From: Eledone cirrhosa
Lineage: Eukaryota
DNA length: 64,000 nt
Direction of reading: 5' to 3'
NCBI GenBank assembly: GCA_964016885.1
Contig: CAXHJY010000206.1
Location: forward strand, 34,480 to 98,479
Of this stretch, positions 1-13,365 are shown piece after piece. Made by a program: the position numbers and the translations under genes. How positions within the stretch are numbered: the first letter of the stretch is position 1; each line of letters opens with the position of its first letter. The notes under the pieces were generated by a model. The model was not told the DNA's origin. It searched no databases and saw only the letters and a list, made by a program, of their open reading frames with translations.

Positions 1-537
1 CCGTAAAGATGAAAGGCAAAGTGAACTTCGGCGGGATTTGAACTCACCCCGTACAGGGACGTAACTGTGTGGCAAAGCATGACGTCCGACCCTCTACCGA
101 TATTGCCAATCCACCAATAATTCGTAATTTAGTCATCTATCATATTTTATTTAGAGTTCTTCTGAAGTGTCTTTGGAGTAACGTTACTCGATAAGGTGCG
201 TAGGTCAGAGATGAGAGAGTCACTCGAGGGAGAACCACTACTTTTCTGTTCCGAATTGAGAGATCACAGCTCCGATACCGACCCCGTAAAGATGAAAGGC
301 AAAGTGAACTTCGGCGGGATTTGAACTCACCCCTACATGGACGTAACTGTGTGGCAAAGCATGACGTCCGACCCTCTACCGATATTGCCAATCCACCAAT
401 AATTCGTAATTTAGTCATCTATCATATTTTATTTAGAGTTCTTCTGAAGTGTCTTTGGAGTAACGTTACTGAGAGAGTCACTCGAGGGAGAACCACTACT
501 TTTCTGTTCCGAATTGAGAGATCACAGCTCCGATACT
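1..537. repeat. Tandem duplication (~283-bp unit) of SINE part + spacer + RTE part
   Basis: 1-186 matches 284-468, and 210-277 matches 471-537. The second copy lacks ~24 nt (cgataaggtgcgtaggtcagagat). Confidence 0.85.
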
Positions 538-790
538 ATGGACATGTGGTTAGAATGTCTCAGGAAATAATCACTGGTCATAATTTACGGGCAAAACCAA
601 CCGGTAGGAGACCCAGAGGTAGACCCCGAGAAAGATGGTTGGATAACATCCACGAGCTTGGATGGTCTCGCTTGGAGATCCAGCAGAATCAGTCGTAGAC
701 GGTTGCTTCTGACAGGACCCACTGGAAGGAGAGTTTCAGGACTCTGTCCTCATGACCCTCTCAGGAATAAAGGGGCGAAGAAACATTGAC
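469..790 (+). mobile_element. RTE-clade LINE 3' fragment (Rex3/Expander-like)
   Basis: Translation FRIERSQLRYYGHVVRM...PTGRRPRGRPRERWLD...VASDRTHWK is typical of the RTE ORF C-terminus. Confidence 0.85.
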
Positions 791-926
791 CAACTTCAAA
801 TACCTTCGTTACATTTATCAAATGAGTCTCTTCTAACTTCCACTTTAGTTCGGCCTCCCTCCCTCTCTCTCTCTCCCTCTCTCTCTCACTCACCCTCTCT
901 CTCACTCCCTCTCGCTCTCCCTCTAT

Positions 927-985
<59 letters not shown>

Positions 986-1216
986 ATATATATATTATAA
1001 GCACAGATTAAAGTTTAAGCAAAGAATCGGTACTTTCATCCTTAACGGGATCTTCTTATATATATATATATATATTATATATATATATATCTATATTATT
1101 TAAACGTATGTTATTTCTCTAAGGACCTACCCTCATCGAGTGCTTTGCTAACTCATTCATATTGTAGGTCGAATTTGCTTGCCCACAGCCAAAGATTCGA
1201 TTTTAATAAGCCTTCA

Positions 1217-1252
<36 letters not shown>

Positions 1253-1258
<6 letters not shown>

Positions 1259-1593
1259 CCTGAGGTTTTTTTACAACATGAAAAAGAAACGAGGTGTTCT
1301 ACACGAGTGAAAGTATAAGGAAAGAAAATGAAATGGATAATGCAACTGGAGTCTTTTTTTACTTACAAAAAAAATATATATATTTGGTTCCTTTACCGGT
1401 TTCGCTGTTCTTTTGCTTTTCAAAAATAGAATTGAGATGGAGGGTTTGTGGATTTTCTGAGAAAAACCACAAACCCTCCATTTCAATTCTACTTTTGAAA
1501 AGCACAAGAACGGCGAAACCGATAAAGGAACCAAATAGATATATTTAAAATAAAAAAGACTCCAGTTGTATTTTCGATTTCATATTTTTTCCT
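1253..1593. mobile_element. Fold-back element in (TA)n with hammerhead remnants and a one-sided tail
   Basis: Inverted arms ~1315-1455 and ~1463-1593. The arms read GAAA-CCGG-TA and GAAA-CCGA-TA, preceded by TTGAAAA (decayed CTGANGA). The tail 1253-1310 recurs at 31815-31862. Confidence 0.75.
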
Positions 1594-1628
<35 letters not shown>

Positions 1629-2640
1629 CTGTGTGTGAACCATCACACAAACAGATTAAGCTGCAAATATACACATTTATTGAGTACTTTATTTACATTC
1701 TGGATTTAAAGATACATCCCTGATGTGCTTTGAGATAATCATATATTCAACACACTGTTTACAGCGAATTCTGTGTATGTTGCTGTATTATCGGAGTTCC
1801 TCTACAATTCTTCCCCGTCTCGTTCTTCAGCTTCCCCCAAACGTCGACAAGCTTTCGACAAAGTTCTTTAAATTGGGAGAGGGAGACATGTTGCGAATCA
1901 TTCTATTTCAGATATAATTAATAACCGAACAGAATTTGAATAGGAAATACTCTTTTATTTATATTAATATCCGATACATTCTAATTTCCTACATGTCACA
2001 ACATTTATAACATTGCTTGCTATCCTTTATCGAAAACTAGGAGAAATTTCTAAGGATATTATGGAGATTCTTATCGAAATCTACATAATATAGTTTCACT
2101 TTCTCAGAACACTCTTTTCACAAAGTAAAATCTGCGTACATGTAGATTCATAAGATGATGTACCGATTTCCATCGATATTTCTCACTGTTGAATATATAT
2201 TAATATTTAAAATCGATACTTATCTGTGTTTGAATATCTCACTGTATTTCTGGTTTACAAGCGTTATAATAGGGTTTGCAATCAAATAGGACTCACCAGC
2301 AAATAATATATATCCTCATTTATTGGATTGTTGCTTCAAAACATATTTGTTACATTTATGTATGTCTTACATTATGCATCTGATATAAAATCGGTATTTG
2401 CTTCTTTGAAACAAGCGTCGATATATATAGGTTGATACATATTTTTGTACGTGTAAAAGAAACAGATATTATAAGTCAACAGAAAAAAATCACGCTAGTA
2501 AGAGAATCGAAGGGATTGATTTTATTGCTAATCCCAATACAGACCAGATTGATCGAAGGTATTTCAGCAACGACAATCCTGTTACCATACATAATATTAC
2601 TCACTCTACAATATCCTTAGTTCCCCTTCTTTATATACAT

Positions 2641-3022
2641 TGGTGGATTGGCAGTATCGGTTGAGCGTTTGATACCATGCTTTGCAGCATAGAGTTATGA
2701 CATCTTTACGTTCTGAGTTCAAATCCCGCTGAGGTTAACTTTGCCTTACGGGGTCGATAAAATAAGGTACCAATAATTGTTTCTACTTTAGGCACAAGGC
2801 CAGCAATTATCCAGTGCATTACTGGTACTTTATTTTATCGACCCCGTAAGGATGAAAGGCAAAGTCAACCTCGGCGGGATTTGAACTCAGATCGTAAAGG
2901 GACGTAACTATGCTGGAAAGCATGGCGTCTGACCCTCTACCGATACTGCCAATCCACCAAAATAAGGTACCAATAATGCACTGGGGATATTGCTGGCCTC
3001 TTGACAAAAGTAGAAACAATTA
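2641..3022. mobile_element. SINE (minus, 2778-2958) inserted into a plus-strand copy of the same SINE
   Basis: Host SINE split at 2641-2777 and 2959-3022. Duplicated target aaaataaggtaccaataat at 2759-2777 and 2959-2977. Confidence 0.85.
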
Positions 3023-3036
3023 CATTATATGGTTTG

Positions 3037-3071
<35 letters not shown>

Positions 3072-3154
3072 TATCATCTCTATAACCACGATCATCACCA
3101 TGACCATCTTTATTATTACCATACCCACCTTCATTATTATCGCTACCAAAAGTC

Positions 3155-3343
3155 GGTGGATTGGCAGATTCGGTAGAGGGACGGATGCCATGCTTTGCGG
3201 CAAAGAGTTACGGCTCTTTATGGCCTGAGTTTAAATCCCGCCAAGGTTAACTTTGCCTTTCATCCTTACGCGGTCGATAAAATAAAGTACCAGTACTACA
3301 CTGGGATATTGCTGTCCTTGTGCCAAAAGTAGAAACAATTATA
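3155..3343 (+). mobile_element. tRNA-derived SINE, main family (Meta/MESC-like central domain)
   Basis: A-box TGGCAGATTCGG, B-box GAGTTTAAATCC, central gcctttcatccttacgcggtcgataaaataaagtaccag, tail ccttgtgccaaaagtagaaacaattat. Confidence 0.9.
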
Positions 3344-3449
3344 TTATATGGTTTAATTAAGTTTCTGCTGCCATATTTGGCAACTACATTGACCACTTTG
3401 AGAAATATTTATTGGTTGGTTTGCAATAAAAAAGGCCAAATAAATACCC

Positions 3450-3769
3450 CTCGTCTGGGATACCACTTGCAGCGACAATTTCTCCACCCGCAACCTGTTG
3501 CAGTCTGCGACTAACCCAGGTTTTGCTGCACGTCATGCTGAGGAAGTCAAACTCCTCAAATACCGGTCGCTGTCTTGGCAGTAGAGAATTCTGGTGTCCT
3601 CGGCCCTATCGCTACCTCCCTACTCACAACCATAGAGGTTGAGCTGTCCAGTATCAGGTGTGAGCCTCGCGAGTTGGAATGGCTCTTCCAGCACATCTCC
3701 CTTACCATCTTCCGGGGAAACGCCTTCTCCATTTTGTCCACCGGGGCTGAGGGGAGGCCACCAATATGA
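3450..3769 (+). mobile_element. CRE-like non-LTR retrotransposon 3' fragment (restriction-like endonuclease region)
   Basis: LVWDTTCSD...AVENSGVLGP...EWLFQHISLTIFRGNAFSIL fits the CRE C-terminal pattern WDxTC...AVETxG...QRISIAIQRGNA. Confidence 0.75.
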
Positions 3770-4159
3770 TTACTTAACCCTTTCATTACCATATTTCTAA
3801 TTCAATTTAAATCAGACATGTTCAGTCAGTTACAACAATTACGTACATAATTATATATGAGCGTTTTATACAACAATCTAGAGTTTTCGTTATTAAATCA
3901 AGACTTAATTATTTTATTAAATCTTAGATATGAAACATTATAAAGATCGTAGTTGTCAGTTTATAGATCATATATCAAACGTAAAGAAAATGAAGAAACA
4001 TATAGAAATACAAACAACAAAACATGGAAACACGTAAACATTCCATTGAAATCAAATATTATTGAAAGGAAATATGAAATATAAAAACCAATCTCAATTT
4101 TGGAAATATATAAATAACAGACAGAATAGAAAAGAGTGTATAGAAAAACATAGACGTAT

Positions 4160-4288
4160 TTGTATATATATTTGTGTATATATATATATATATATATATG
4201 TATGCCAAATCATTTGTGCAATTGTGAATGTATGTGCGCATCTATACAAATATAAATATGTATAGGTGTATATATACATAGGTATATT

Positions 4289-4339
<51 letters not shown>

Positions 4340-4355
4340 GCGTATATATATACGT

Positions 4356-4401
<46 letters not shown>

Positions 4402-4485
4402 GTATATTCATACGTATATATGCACACACATATACATGCTTATATATATATATGTGTATATACATGCGTATATATACATATACAT

Positions 4486-4539
<54 letters not shown>

Positions 4540-5725
4540 ATGTGTGCATGTGTATGAAATCAGTTATAAAAATATGAATGTATATTTGCATAGATATGTA
4601 TAGAATACATATATACATTTTTTTTTGTTTCGTATTTCTGTATTAAATCATCTATGTAAATGAAAGATGTGTAGGATTGTGTATGTGTCTGCATGCGTGT
4701 TCTTGTGTGTAATGTATGTTTGTGCATGTGTATGAACTGCGTGTGAGAACTGAAACATTCACTGTTTTGACTCGGAAAAGCATTTCCGCATTTGCCGTGA
4801 ATATGGGATATAGTCACAATAATTTCAAACATTTCCGTCACAGCTCTCGTCATCATATTTAGCGTCATTTTCAATAGCTTCATACATTACACGTTCATCA
4901 TCATCATCATCGTCGTCATCATCATTATTATAATTATAATGGTTTCTTATTTAGGCGCAAGGCTAGCAATTTGGGGAGGGTGGGTCGGTCGAGGGGGAAA
5001 ATCGATTAAATCGACCCCAGTACGTTACTGGTGCTTTATTTTATCGACCCCCGTAAAGCTGAAAGGCAAAGTTAACCTCGGTGGGATTTGAACTCAGCCT
5101 GTAAAGGGGCGTGACTCCATTGGCGGTGGATTGGCAGTATCAGTGTCGGACGACATGCTTTGCATAAATATATATATATATATTTATATATATATGCATA
5201 TATATATATAAATATATATATATGCATATATATATAAATATATATATGCATATATATATAAATATATATATATAAATATATATATATGCATATATATATA
5301 TATATGCATATATATATAAATATATATATATATGCAAATATATATATAAATATATATATATGCATATATATATATATATGCATATATATATAAATATATA
5401 TATATATGCAAATATATATATAAATATATATATATATGCAAATATATATATAAATATATTTATATATATATATATATGCAAATATATATATATATTTATA
5501 TATAAATATATTTATATATATATATGCAAATATATATATATATTTATATATACATATATTTATATATATGCAAATATATATATATATTTATATATATATA
5601 TATTTATATATATATATGCAAATATATATATAAATATATTTATATATATATATGCAAATATATATATTTATTTATATATATATTTATATATATATTTATA
5701 TATATATATATTTATATATATATGC

Positions 5726-5758
<33 letters not shown>

Positions 5759-5836
5759 CATATATTTATACTTATATATATATGTGTGTGTGTGTGTGTG
5801 GGTATCACTCTCTCACTTCCTCTTTCTCTCACACAC

Positions 5837-5869
<33 letters not shown>

Positions 5870-5910
5870 AATATATACATACATATATATATATATACAC
5901 ACACACACAT
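4160..5910. repeat. (TA)n/(CA)n microsatellite blocks
   Basis: Degenerate TA arrays at 4160-4560 and 5165-5910. Confidence 0.95.
4936..5165 (-). mobile_element. Main-family SINE, variant with a GA-rich insert and a rearranged 5' end
   Basis: ggcgcaaggctagc...atcgaccccagtac...gaaaggcaaagttaacctcggtgggatttgaactcag, followed by an inverted head segment. Confidence 0.8.
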
Positions 5911-6229
5911 TGACTTCATTTAAAACTTATATACATAATACCTTGCTTTTTGAATACTGTTGCAATTATGCTCCCAGTTATTAAATATATATAGAAATCG
6001 AGAAATAATAGATTTAGCTGAAATAATTCTAACGGTTGCCAATCGAGCCCGGGAGTTTACAGAACCCAGCACGCCAGAAATATTTCTCCCACACCGCCTG
6101 GGAATGCATCATTGGGGTAGCGATGTTTGAGTAATCATTCACACTTTACTGTTGTATCTCATGAATGTGCTTGTATTTATTCAACGTGTGTCTTGTAAGA
6201 ACAAGACAAACTTTAAATATCTTATTATT

Positions 6230-6368
6230 ATAGAGTTACGGCCGTTTATGATCTGAGTTCTAATCCCGCCGAGGTTAACTTTGCTTTTCATCCTTACGGG
6301 GGTCGATAACATAAAGTACCAGTTATGCACTGGGATAATTGCTGGCCTTGTGCCAAAAGTAGAATAAA
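6230..6368 (+). mobile_element. Main-family SINE, 5' truncated
   Basis: B-box, central domain and tail present. Confidence 0.85.
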
Positions 6369-6772
6369 TTAATGTGTTTCCATGAAGTATTGACGGAGCA
6401 AACAGTTTGCCAGTTACTTTAAAAAGTCGTCCCATTGACATCTGGAGCACTTGGTTTTTCAAGCTTCATGTGAGAGGACCACTATGGTCTTCCATCTTTC
6501 TCTGTATCGGTCCGATTTGGCGAAATTCTATCCACTGTCGATATATATAAATATATATATATATATATACATAAATATATATATATTATATGAGTCCCTA
6601 GTGTCCGCGCATTGCCTGGAGACTTAGCTGAGAATAGACTCCCTGATGACGTAATGAATTCTCGATGGTTACATTACATAACCATCTTTATCCCATTACA
6701 GAAACTAATTAGTTGGATTGAAAATTTTAGTAAGTTAATTTTTAATTTTTTTAAATTTTCTTATTTTACGTC

Positions 6773-6810
<38 letters not shown>

Positions 6811-6900
6811 GGCGCAAACATTACAATACAATACAATAGGAAGGAACATGATAATAGTACCACTAATGATGTTGCAGATGTGCAACCGAAGAACTTTGTT

Positions 6901-6949
<49 letters not shown>

Positions 6950-7126
6950 ATTTATATCTGTATTTTTAACCGCTGGTCAATCGATGATAAACATTGATTG
7001 CCAAATAAATTAACTATGGAGATATAAAAGATAGAGAAGCGAAAACCAACAAAACAGTGAGTGTGTTCTGTGTTATTATTTCTGGCAATACTATTACAAC
7101 AATATGACAAGCCCCCAAGTATAGCA

Positions 7127-7171
<45 letters not shown>

Positions 7172-7342
7172 CAATATCGGAGAAAGCTTTTTAGCGATAC
7201 TCCGGCCAAATTCCACCTCACTCAACAAACATTAGGAAATAAGTGATTATATTCCCAATTATGTGTTCGGGGTGCTAACTAAAAGTATTGCGTGGAAAAT
7301 TGGCTGTATTATTTCAAATGAGACATATCTAATATATATCTT

Positions 7343-7469
7343 CCCAGACGGACGTCTCGTTTCATTATAGGACTCCTACAATTTGGGTGAAATTATACCA
7401 GTTTATGTAGGAGCTTGTATACTATCAATAGATATATATTCAAGTGAGCTCCTATAATTCATCAGTGGG
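7343..7469 (-). ncRNA. Type I hammerhead ribozyme motif with a branched stem II
   Basis: Minus strand: CCCA-CTGATGA-ATTATAGGA...TCCTATAAT-GAA-ACG(AGACGTC)CGT-C-TGGG. Perfect 9-bp stem II base, GUC cleavage triplet, 4-bp stem I. Confidence 0.75.
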
Positions 7470-8346
7470 TGCCCCAATAGTACTAATATTGATAATCTAA
7501 CCAACATCAGCATTTATATATATATTGAAGTTTGCTTGTAGCATTGTGGAATAATCTAACCAACATCAGCATTTATATATATATATATTGAAGTCTGCTT
7601 GTAGCATTGTGGAATAATAGTAATAGTCGTTTTGGAAGCCTCAGCTATGCTGATGGGGAAATCTCTGGGTAACAGGATCAGGTGGTAATGTGAGAGAGAT
7701 GTAAGAGGTTATTATATAAGCATTTATTTATTTATATGGTTGTGCAACTAATTATTACTAGTACACAACATGTAATATTCATTTTTCTGATTCGTGCAAA
7801 GGACTAACTCTAAGATAATGTCAATTTTCATATATAACACATATATATAACGTAGGGGAGGTGGTGTTCCTATAATTGCAAGAATACGTTTTCAAAAGAA
7901 AGGAAGCCAGTATTTGTATTTAATACAATCGAGATGAAAAACACAGATACAAAAGATGAATAAGTTGAAAAATTGAGAGAAAATATTTACACTTTACATA
8001 TATATATATATATATATAATATATATATATATTTATGTGTGTGTGTGTGTAGGTATGTATGTATGTTGATTTACGTATATATTTAAATTAATGTATGCAT
8101 ACACACACACATATATATAGATAGACATGTACACATACAGATACAAATACAAGTGTTCATGCATATTCACATATAAAATATAAGTTCTCGTACATATATG
8201 TACGCATGATTGGGTTAACACATATACATATACACATACATATACACATGTATATGTGTATTTATGTATATATATATACATATATATATAGATATAGATA
8301 TATATATGCATGTATATGTGTATTTAAAAATAAATATATATGTATG

Positions 8347-8393
<47 letters not shown>

Positions 8394-8884
8394 ATACATA
8401 CATATATATTTATTTTTGTATAAATATATATGTATGTATTTATATATATATATATATATATACTTACTTACACATGTATATGTGTATTTACAAATATATA
8501 TATATTTATAAAAAGTAAGAGGTGTGAATTGAAAAACGTGATAAAATAAAATTAGGAAATATATTAAAAAAATGTAAAAGATAAAAGACGTAGACATGAA
8601 ATTGAAAACAGAATGCAAGACTTAATTGGAAGTCTAAAAGTAACAATAATACTTAATAGAAATTTCATGTAAAGGAAAATATATTTCAATGTATTTTAAT
8701 ATTTCTTCAGCCCGTCGTCTTCGAGATTCATTGCGCTTCATTTTCTTTGCTATTGTGTTAACGTTATTTTCGCTTCGGATATTTTGTGTGTGCTTTGAGT
8801 GTGTTTAGGTTTTGTAGTATATATCTGACTATCCATTCGTTTATCTATCTATCTATCTATCTAACTCTCTCTCTCTCACATTGT

Positions 8885-8955
<71 letters not shown>

Positions 8956-8972
8956 AGCACCACCCCCTCTCA

Positions 8973-9024
<52 letters not shown>

Positions 9025-9095
9025 GTGTGTATATATATATATTTAAAATCCTATATACACATACACACACATATATATACATGTGTATATGTATA

Positions 9096-9226
9096 TAATT
9101 GTTTCTACTTTAGGCACAAGGCCATCAATTACCCAGTGCATTACTGGTACTTTATTTTATCGACCCCGTAAGGATGAAAGGAAAAGTCAACCTCGGCGGG
9201 ATTTGAACTCAGATCGTAAAGGGACG
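9096..9226 (-). mobile_element. Main-family SINE
   Basis: Reverse complement of tail, central domain and B-box. Confidence 0.9.
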
Positions 9227-9504
9227 TATATGTATATGTATATGTATATGTATATAATGTATATGTATATAATGTATATATATGTATATAATGTGTATAT
9301 ATATATATGTATATAATGTGTATATATATCTTATATATATATGTGTGTGTATGTATGTATCTCTCTCTCTATATATATATGTGTGTATGTATATATATAT
9401 ATATGTGTGTATGTATATATATATATTTATGTGTATGTATATATATATATATAAGTATATATGTGTGTGTATGTATATAGATATGTATATATATATGTAT
9501 ATAG

Positions 9505-9554
<50 letters not shown>

Positions 9555-9558
<4 letters not shown>

Positions 9559-9775
9559 TTCGTTTCTGAATTTGTTTAGCAAGATTTTTTATCTGAAAAC
9601 GTGTATTGAAACCGATTTTGTTATATTGGAGAGGGTCATATTGCCAATAAGAAACACACGCACCTGATGCTTTCACTTCAATTTATTATAATAAATTTAT
9701 AAATGCATTATAATAAATTGAAGTGAAAGTACTAGTGCGTGTGTTTCTTATTGGAAACATGACCCTCCCAAAGTA

Positions 9776-9779
<4 letters not shown>
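9555..9779. mobile_element. Fold-back element in (TA)n (segments A-B-B')
   Basis: B 9618-9691 is inverted with 9707-9779. A (9555-9613) and B recur at 12273-12418. Confidence 0.75.
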
Positions 9780-9834
<55 letters not shown>

Positions 9835-9838
<4 letters not shown>

Positions 9839-10008
9839 AAGAGTGTGTGGTAAGACAGTAGGTGGTCCATAATGCACTAGAGTACTCGATACTTAGGGTA
9901 GTACAGTGGGTCATAGGAAAAGAGTCGGGACCCTGACGGCTGTGCTAGCGTTCGGATACAGCTATCGAAACAGCCGGAGCTTAGCCGTAGGGGTCCTGAT
10001 TATTTTCC

Positions 10009-10010
<2 letters not shown>
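9835..10010 (-). mobile_element. Fold-back element with tail (same family as 13505 and 24965)
   Basis: Tail gtggtaag...gagtactcgatacttagggtagta plus diverged inverted arms gaccctgacggct / agccgtaggggtc. (TA)n on both sides. Confidence 0.75.
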
Positions 10011-10041
<31 letters not shown>

Positions 10042-10159
10042 ATATTTATATATATTTATATATATATATATATATTTATTTATATATATATATATTTATT
10101 TATATATATATATATTTATTTATATATATATATATTTATTTATATATATATATATTTAT

Positions 10160-10196
<37 letters not shown>

Positions 10197-10249
10197 AATA
10201 TATATATACGATATTAAATAAATGGAAACTATATTTATAAAACCATATT

Positions 10250-10315
10250 TATTTCATTATATATATTTCAGGGATATCATATTAAAAATATGGTATGCCT
10301 TCATCAGACAAAATA
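10250..10315 (-). ncRNA. Minimal type I hammerhead motif (left arm)
   Basis: Reverse complement of the motif at 10473-10538. Confidence 0.75.
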
Positions 10316-10472
10316 CGATATAAACAGTCTTATAAATAGATAAATTTGACATACCTTACAACTTCAACTTCCATTCAAAAAGTTGATTTGGTAGTACAAA
10401 ATCAACTTTTTAAATGGAAGTTGAAGTTGTAAGGTATGTCAAATCTATCTATTTATAAGACTGTCTATATCG

Positions 10473-10538
10473 TATTTTGTCTGATGAAGGCATACCATAT
10501 TTTTAATATGATATCCCTGAAATATATATAATGAAATA
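10473..10538 (+). ncRNA. Minimal type I hammerhead motif (right arm)
   Basis: TATTTTGT-CTGATGA-AGGCATACCATAT(TTTTA)ATATGATATCCCT-GAAA-TATATA-TA-ATGAAATA. 8-bp stem I with two GU pairs, 11/13 stem II, palindromic stem III. Confidence 0.75.
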
Positions 10539-10668
10539 AATATGGTTTTATAAATATAGTTTCCATTTATTTAATATCGTAAATATACTCCAAATACTTG
10601 TTGAGTGCTTTTATATCAGTTATAAATATTTACTCTTTGTAACCCAACAATTTAAATAAAACTTTGCA

Positions 10669-10673
10669 AATAT

Positions 10674-10706
<33 letters not shown>

Positions 10707-10762
10707 AATATATATATAAATATATAAATATATATATAAATATATATATATATATAAATATG

Positions 10763-10793
<31 letters not shown>

Positions 10794-10858
10794 TTATATA
10801 TTTATATATATTTATATATTTATATATATATATATATATTTATATATTTATATATATA

Positions 10859-10890
<32 letters not shown>

Positions 10891-10896
10891 CATATC

Positions 10897-10949
<53 letters not shown>

Positions 10950-10976
10950 GTTTATATATATATATTTATATATATG

Positions 10977-11026
<50 letters not shown>

Positions 11027-11028
11027 CG

Positions 11029-11063
<35 letters not shown>

Positions 11064-11080
11064 ATATATTTATATATACG

Positions 11081-11115
<35 letters not shown>

Positions 11116-11275
11116 ATATATTTATATATACGTATATATATTTATATATATATATATATATTTATATATACGTATATATATATATATATATATTTATATA
11201 TACGTATATATATTTATATATATATATATATATTTATATATACGTATATATATATATATATATATTTATATATAC

Positions 11276-11316
<41 letters not shown>

Positions 11317-11317
11317 C

Positions 11318-11358
<41 letters not shown>

Positions 11359-11359
11359 C

Positions 11360-11400
<41 letters not shown>

Positions 11401-11404
11401 CGTT

Positions 11405-11441
<37 letters not shown>

Positions 11442-11615
11442 GTTTATATATAAATATATATATATATATATTTATATATATGTTTATATATAAATATATA
11501 TATATATATAGATATGTTAATATATATATATATATATATTTATATCTATATATATATTTATATATATGTTTATATATATATATATATTTATATCTATATA
11601 TATATTTATATATAT

Positions 11616-11659
<44 letters not shown>

Positions 11660-11680
11660 CTATATATATATATATTTATA

Positions 11681-11718
<38 letters not shown>

Positions 11719-11760
11719 GTTTATATATATATATATATATGTTTATATATATATATATAT

Positions 11761-11797
<37 letters not shown>

Positions 11798-11817
11798 TAT
11801 ATATATATATATATGTT

Positions 11818-11897
<80 letters not shown>

Positions 11898-12224
11898 GTT
11901 TATATATATATATATGTTTATATATATATATGTTTATATATATATTTATATGTTTATATATATATGTTTATATATATATATGTTTATATATATATTTATA
12001 TGTTTATATATATATGTTTATATATATATATATGTTTATATATATATATATATGTTTATATATATGTTTATATATATATGTTTATATATGTTTATATATA
12101 TATATATATATGTTTATATATATATGTTTTTATATATATGTTTATATATATATATATGTTTTTATATATATGTTTATATATATATATATTTATATCTATA
12201 TATGTTTATATTTATATATATGTT

Positions 12225-12255
<31 letters not shown>

Positions 12256-12272
12256 GTTTATATATATATATA
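10669..12272. repeat. ~1.6-kb degenerate (TA)n array
   Basis: TA repeats with periodic TTTA, TACG, TGTT and TCTA variants. Confidence 0.95.
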
Positions 12273-12412
12273 TTGTTATACTTTGGGAGGGTCATGTTGC
12301 CAATAAGAAACACACGCACCAGTTGCTTTCACTTCAATTTATTATAAATTATATATACTGGTTTCAACACGCGTTTTCAGATAAAGAATCTTGCTAAACA
12401 AATTCAGAAACG

Positions 12413-12418
<6 letters not shown>
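12273..12418. mobile_element. Second copy of the 9555 element segments (B then A')
   Basis: 12273-12347 is a direct copy of 9618-9691. 12360-12418 is the reverse complement of 9555-9613 with 3 differences. Confidence 0.8.
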
Positions 12419-12460
<42 letters not shown>

Positions 12461-13365
12461 ATATAAACAGTGCGATAGTTTGGGACATGTAGACGACTCG
12501 ATTTTTTTCATACAAACTTTTCCATGCACATTTATAAAGAAAATAACTAAAAACAAATTATACTTGAACAAGGTATATAGCATGACTTACGACTGCGATA
12601 TTTCGTAGTTTTGTAAAATAATGGCGCAATGATAAAAACAAAATAAGTAACACGAAAGTCTTCATCACCAGAAGAATTATCTCCATATATTATAGATAAT
12701 TTAATATGAGATGTAATTTATAGTGGATACGAAGTTCATCAAAGTCGGCCATGTTGGCCAATATTTGACTGCTTCGTTATTTAAATTCTATCTGGGTTAA
12801 ACACGAAATGCAAGACTATGCGAATAAATCAACTTATAAAAGCAATGGGAATTTTATTAGTGAGATCGTTTGATATAGATCAGCTGAATTGTACACTTAT
12901 GACTCATTCAAGATTCAGATGTAAAATTCATCGTAAAAATGATAGCTCGTGCACAAATGAGACAATCTCCCACCACACATACATATACATAAGCACATAG
13001 AAAAAGACACACTCAAACACATTTATATATACACGTATATACATACGTATGCATATAAATACACACACACAGACACATATTGAAAAGAGCATACCTATAT
13101 ATAAAGATGTATACCTGCGCACACACACACATATATATATATATATACAAATACATACATACACACACACACATATATATTTATATATATATATATATAA
13201 ATATATACACGCATACACACATTATTATGTTTGCGTGTATGTTTCTGTGTATCTTTCACTCTTTCTATATATATATATATAAATTTATATTTATATTTAT
13301 TTATCATATGTTGTTGAACACTTCCTTGTTGACAAGTGTTTTTTAGGCATCATATCATGTTACCT

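Larger units (their letters stand above)
10207..10668. mobile_element. Fold-back element: ~183-bp near-perfect inverted arms each with a hammerhead, plus ~87-nt tail
   Basis: Arms 10207-10389 and 10398-10581, centre ~10394. Tail 10582-10668 shares ttgttgagtgctt with the tail at 62778-62868. Confidence 0.85.

Noticed and set aside
3774-3800. piggyBac-like ends ttaaccctttcattacc, with a counterpart at 49003-49020
   Set aside because: The ends are 45 kb apart with no transposase between them, so they are probably independent MITE fragments.
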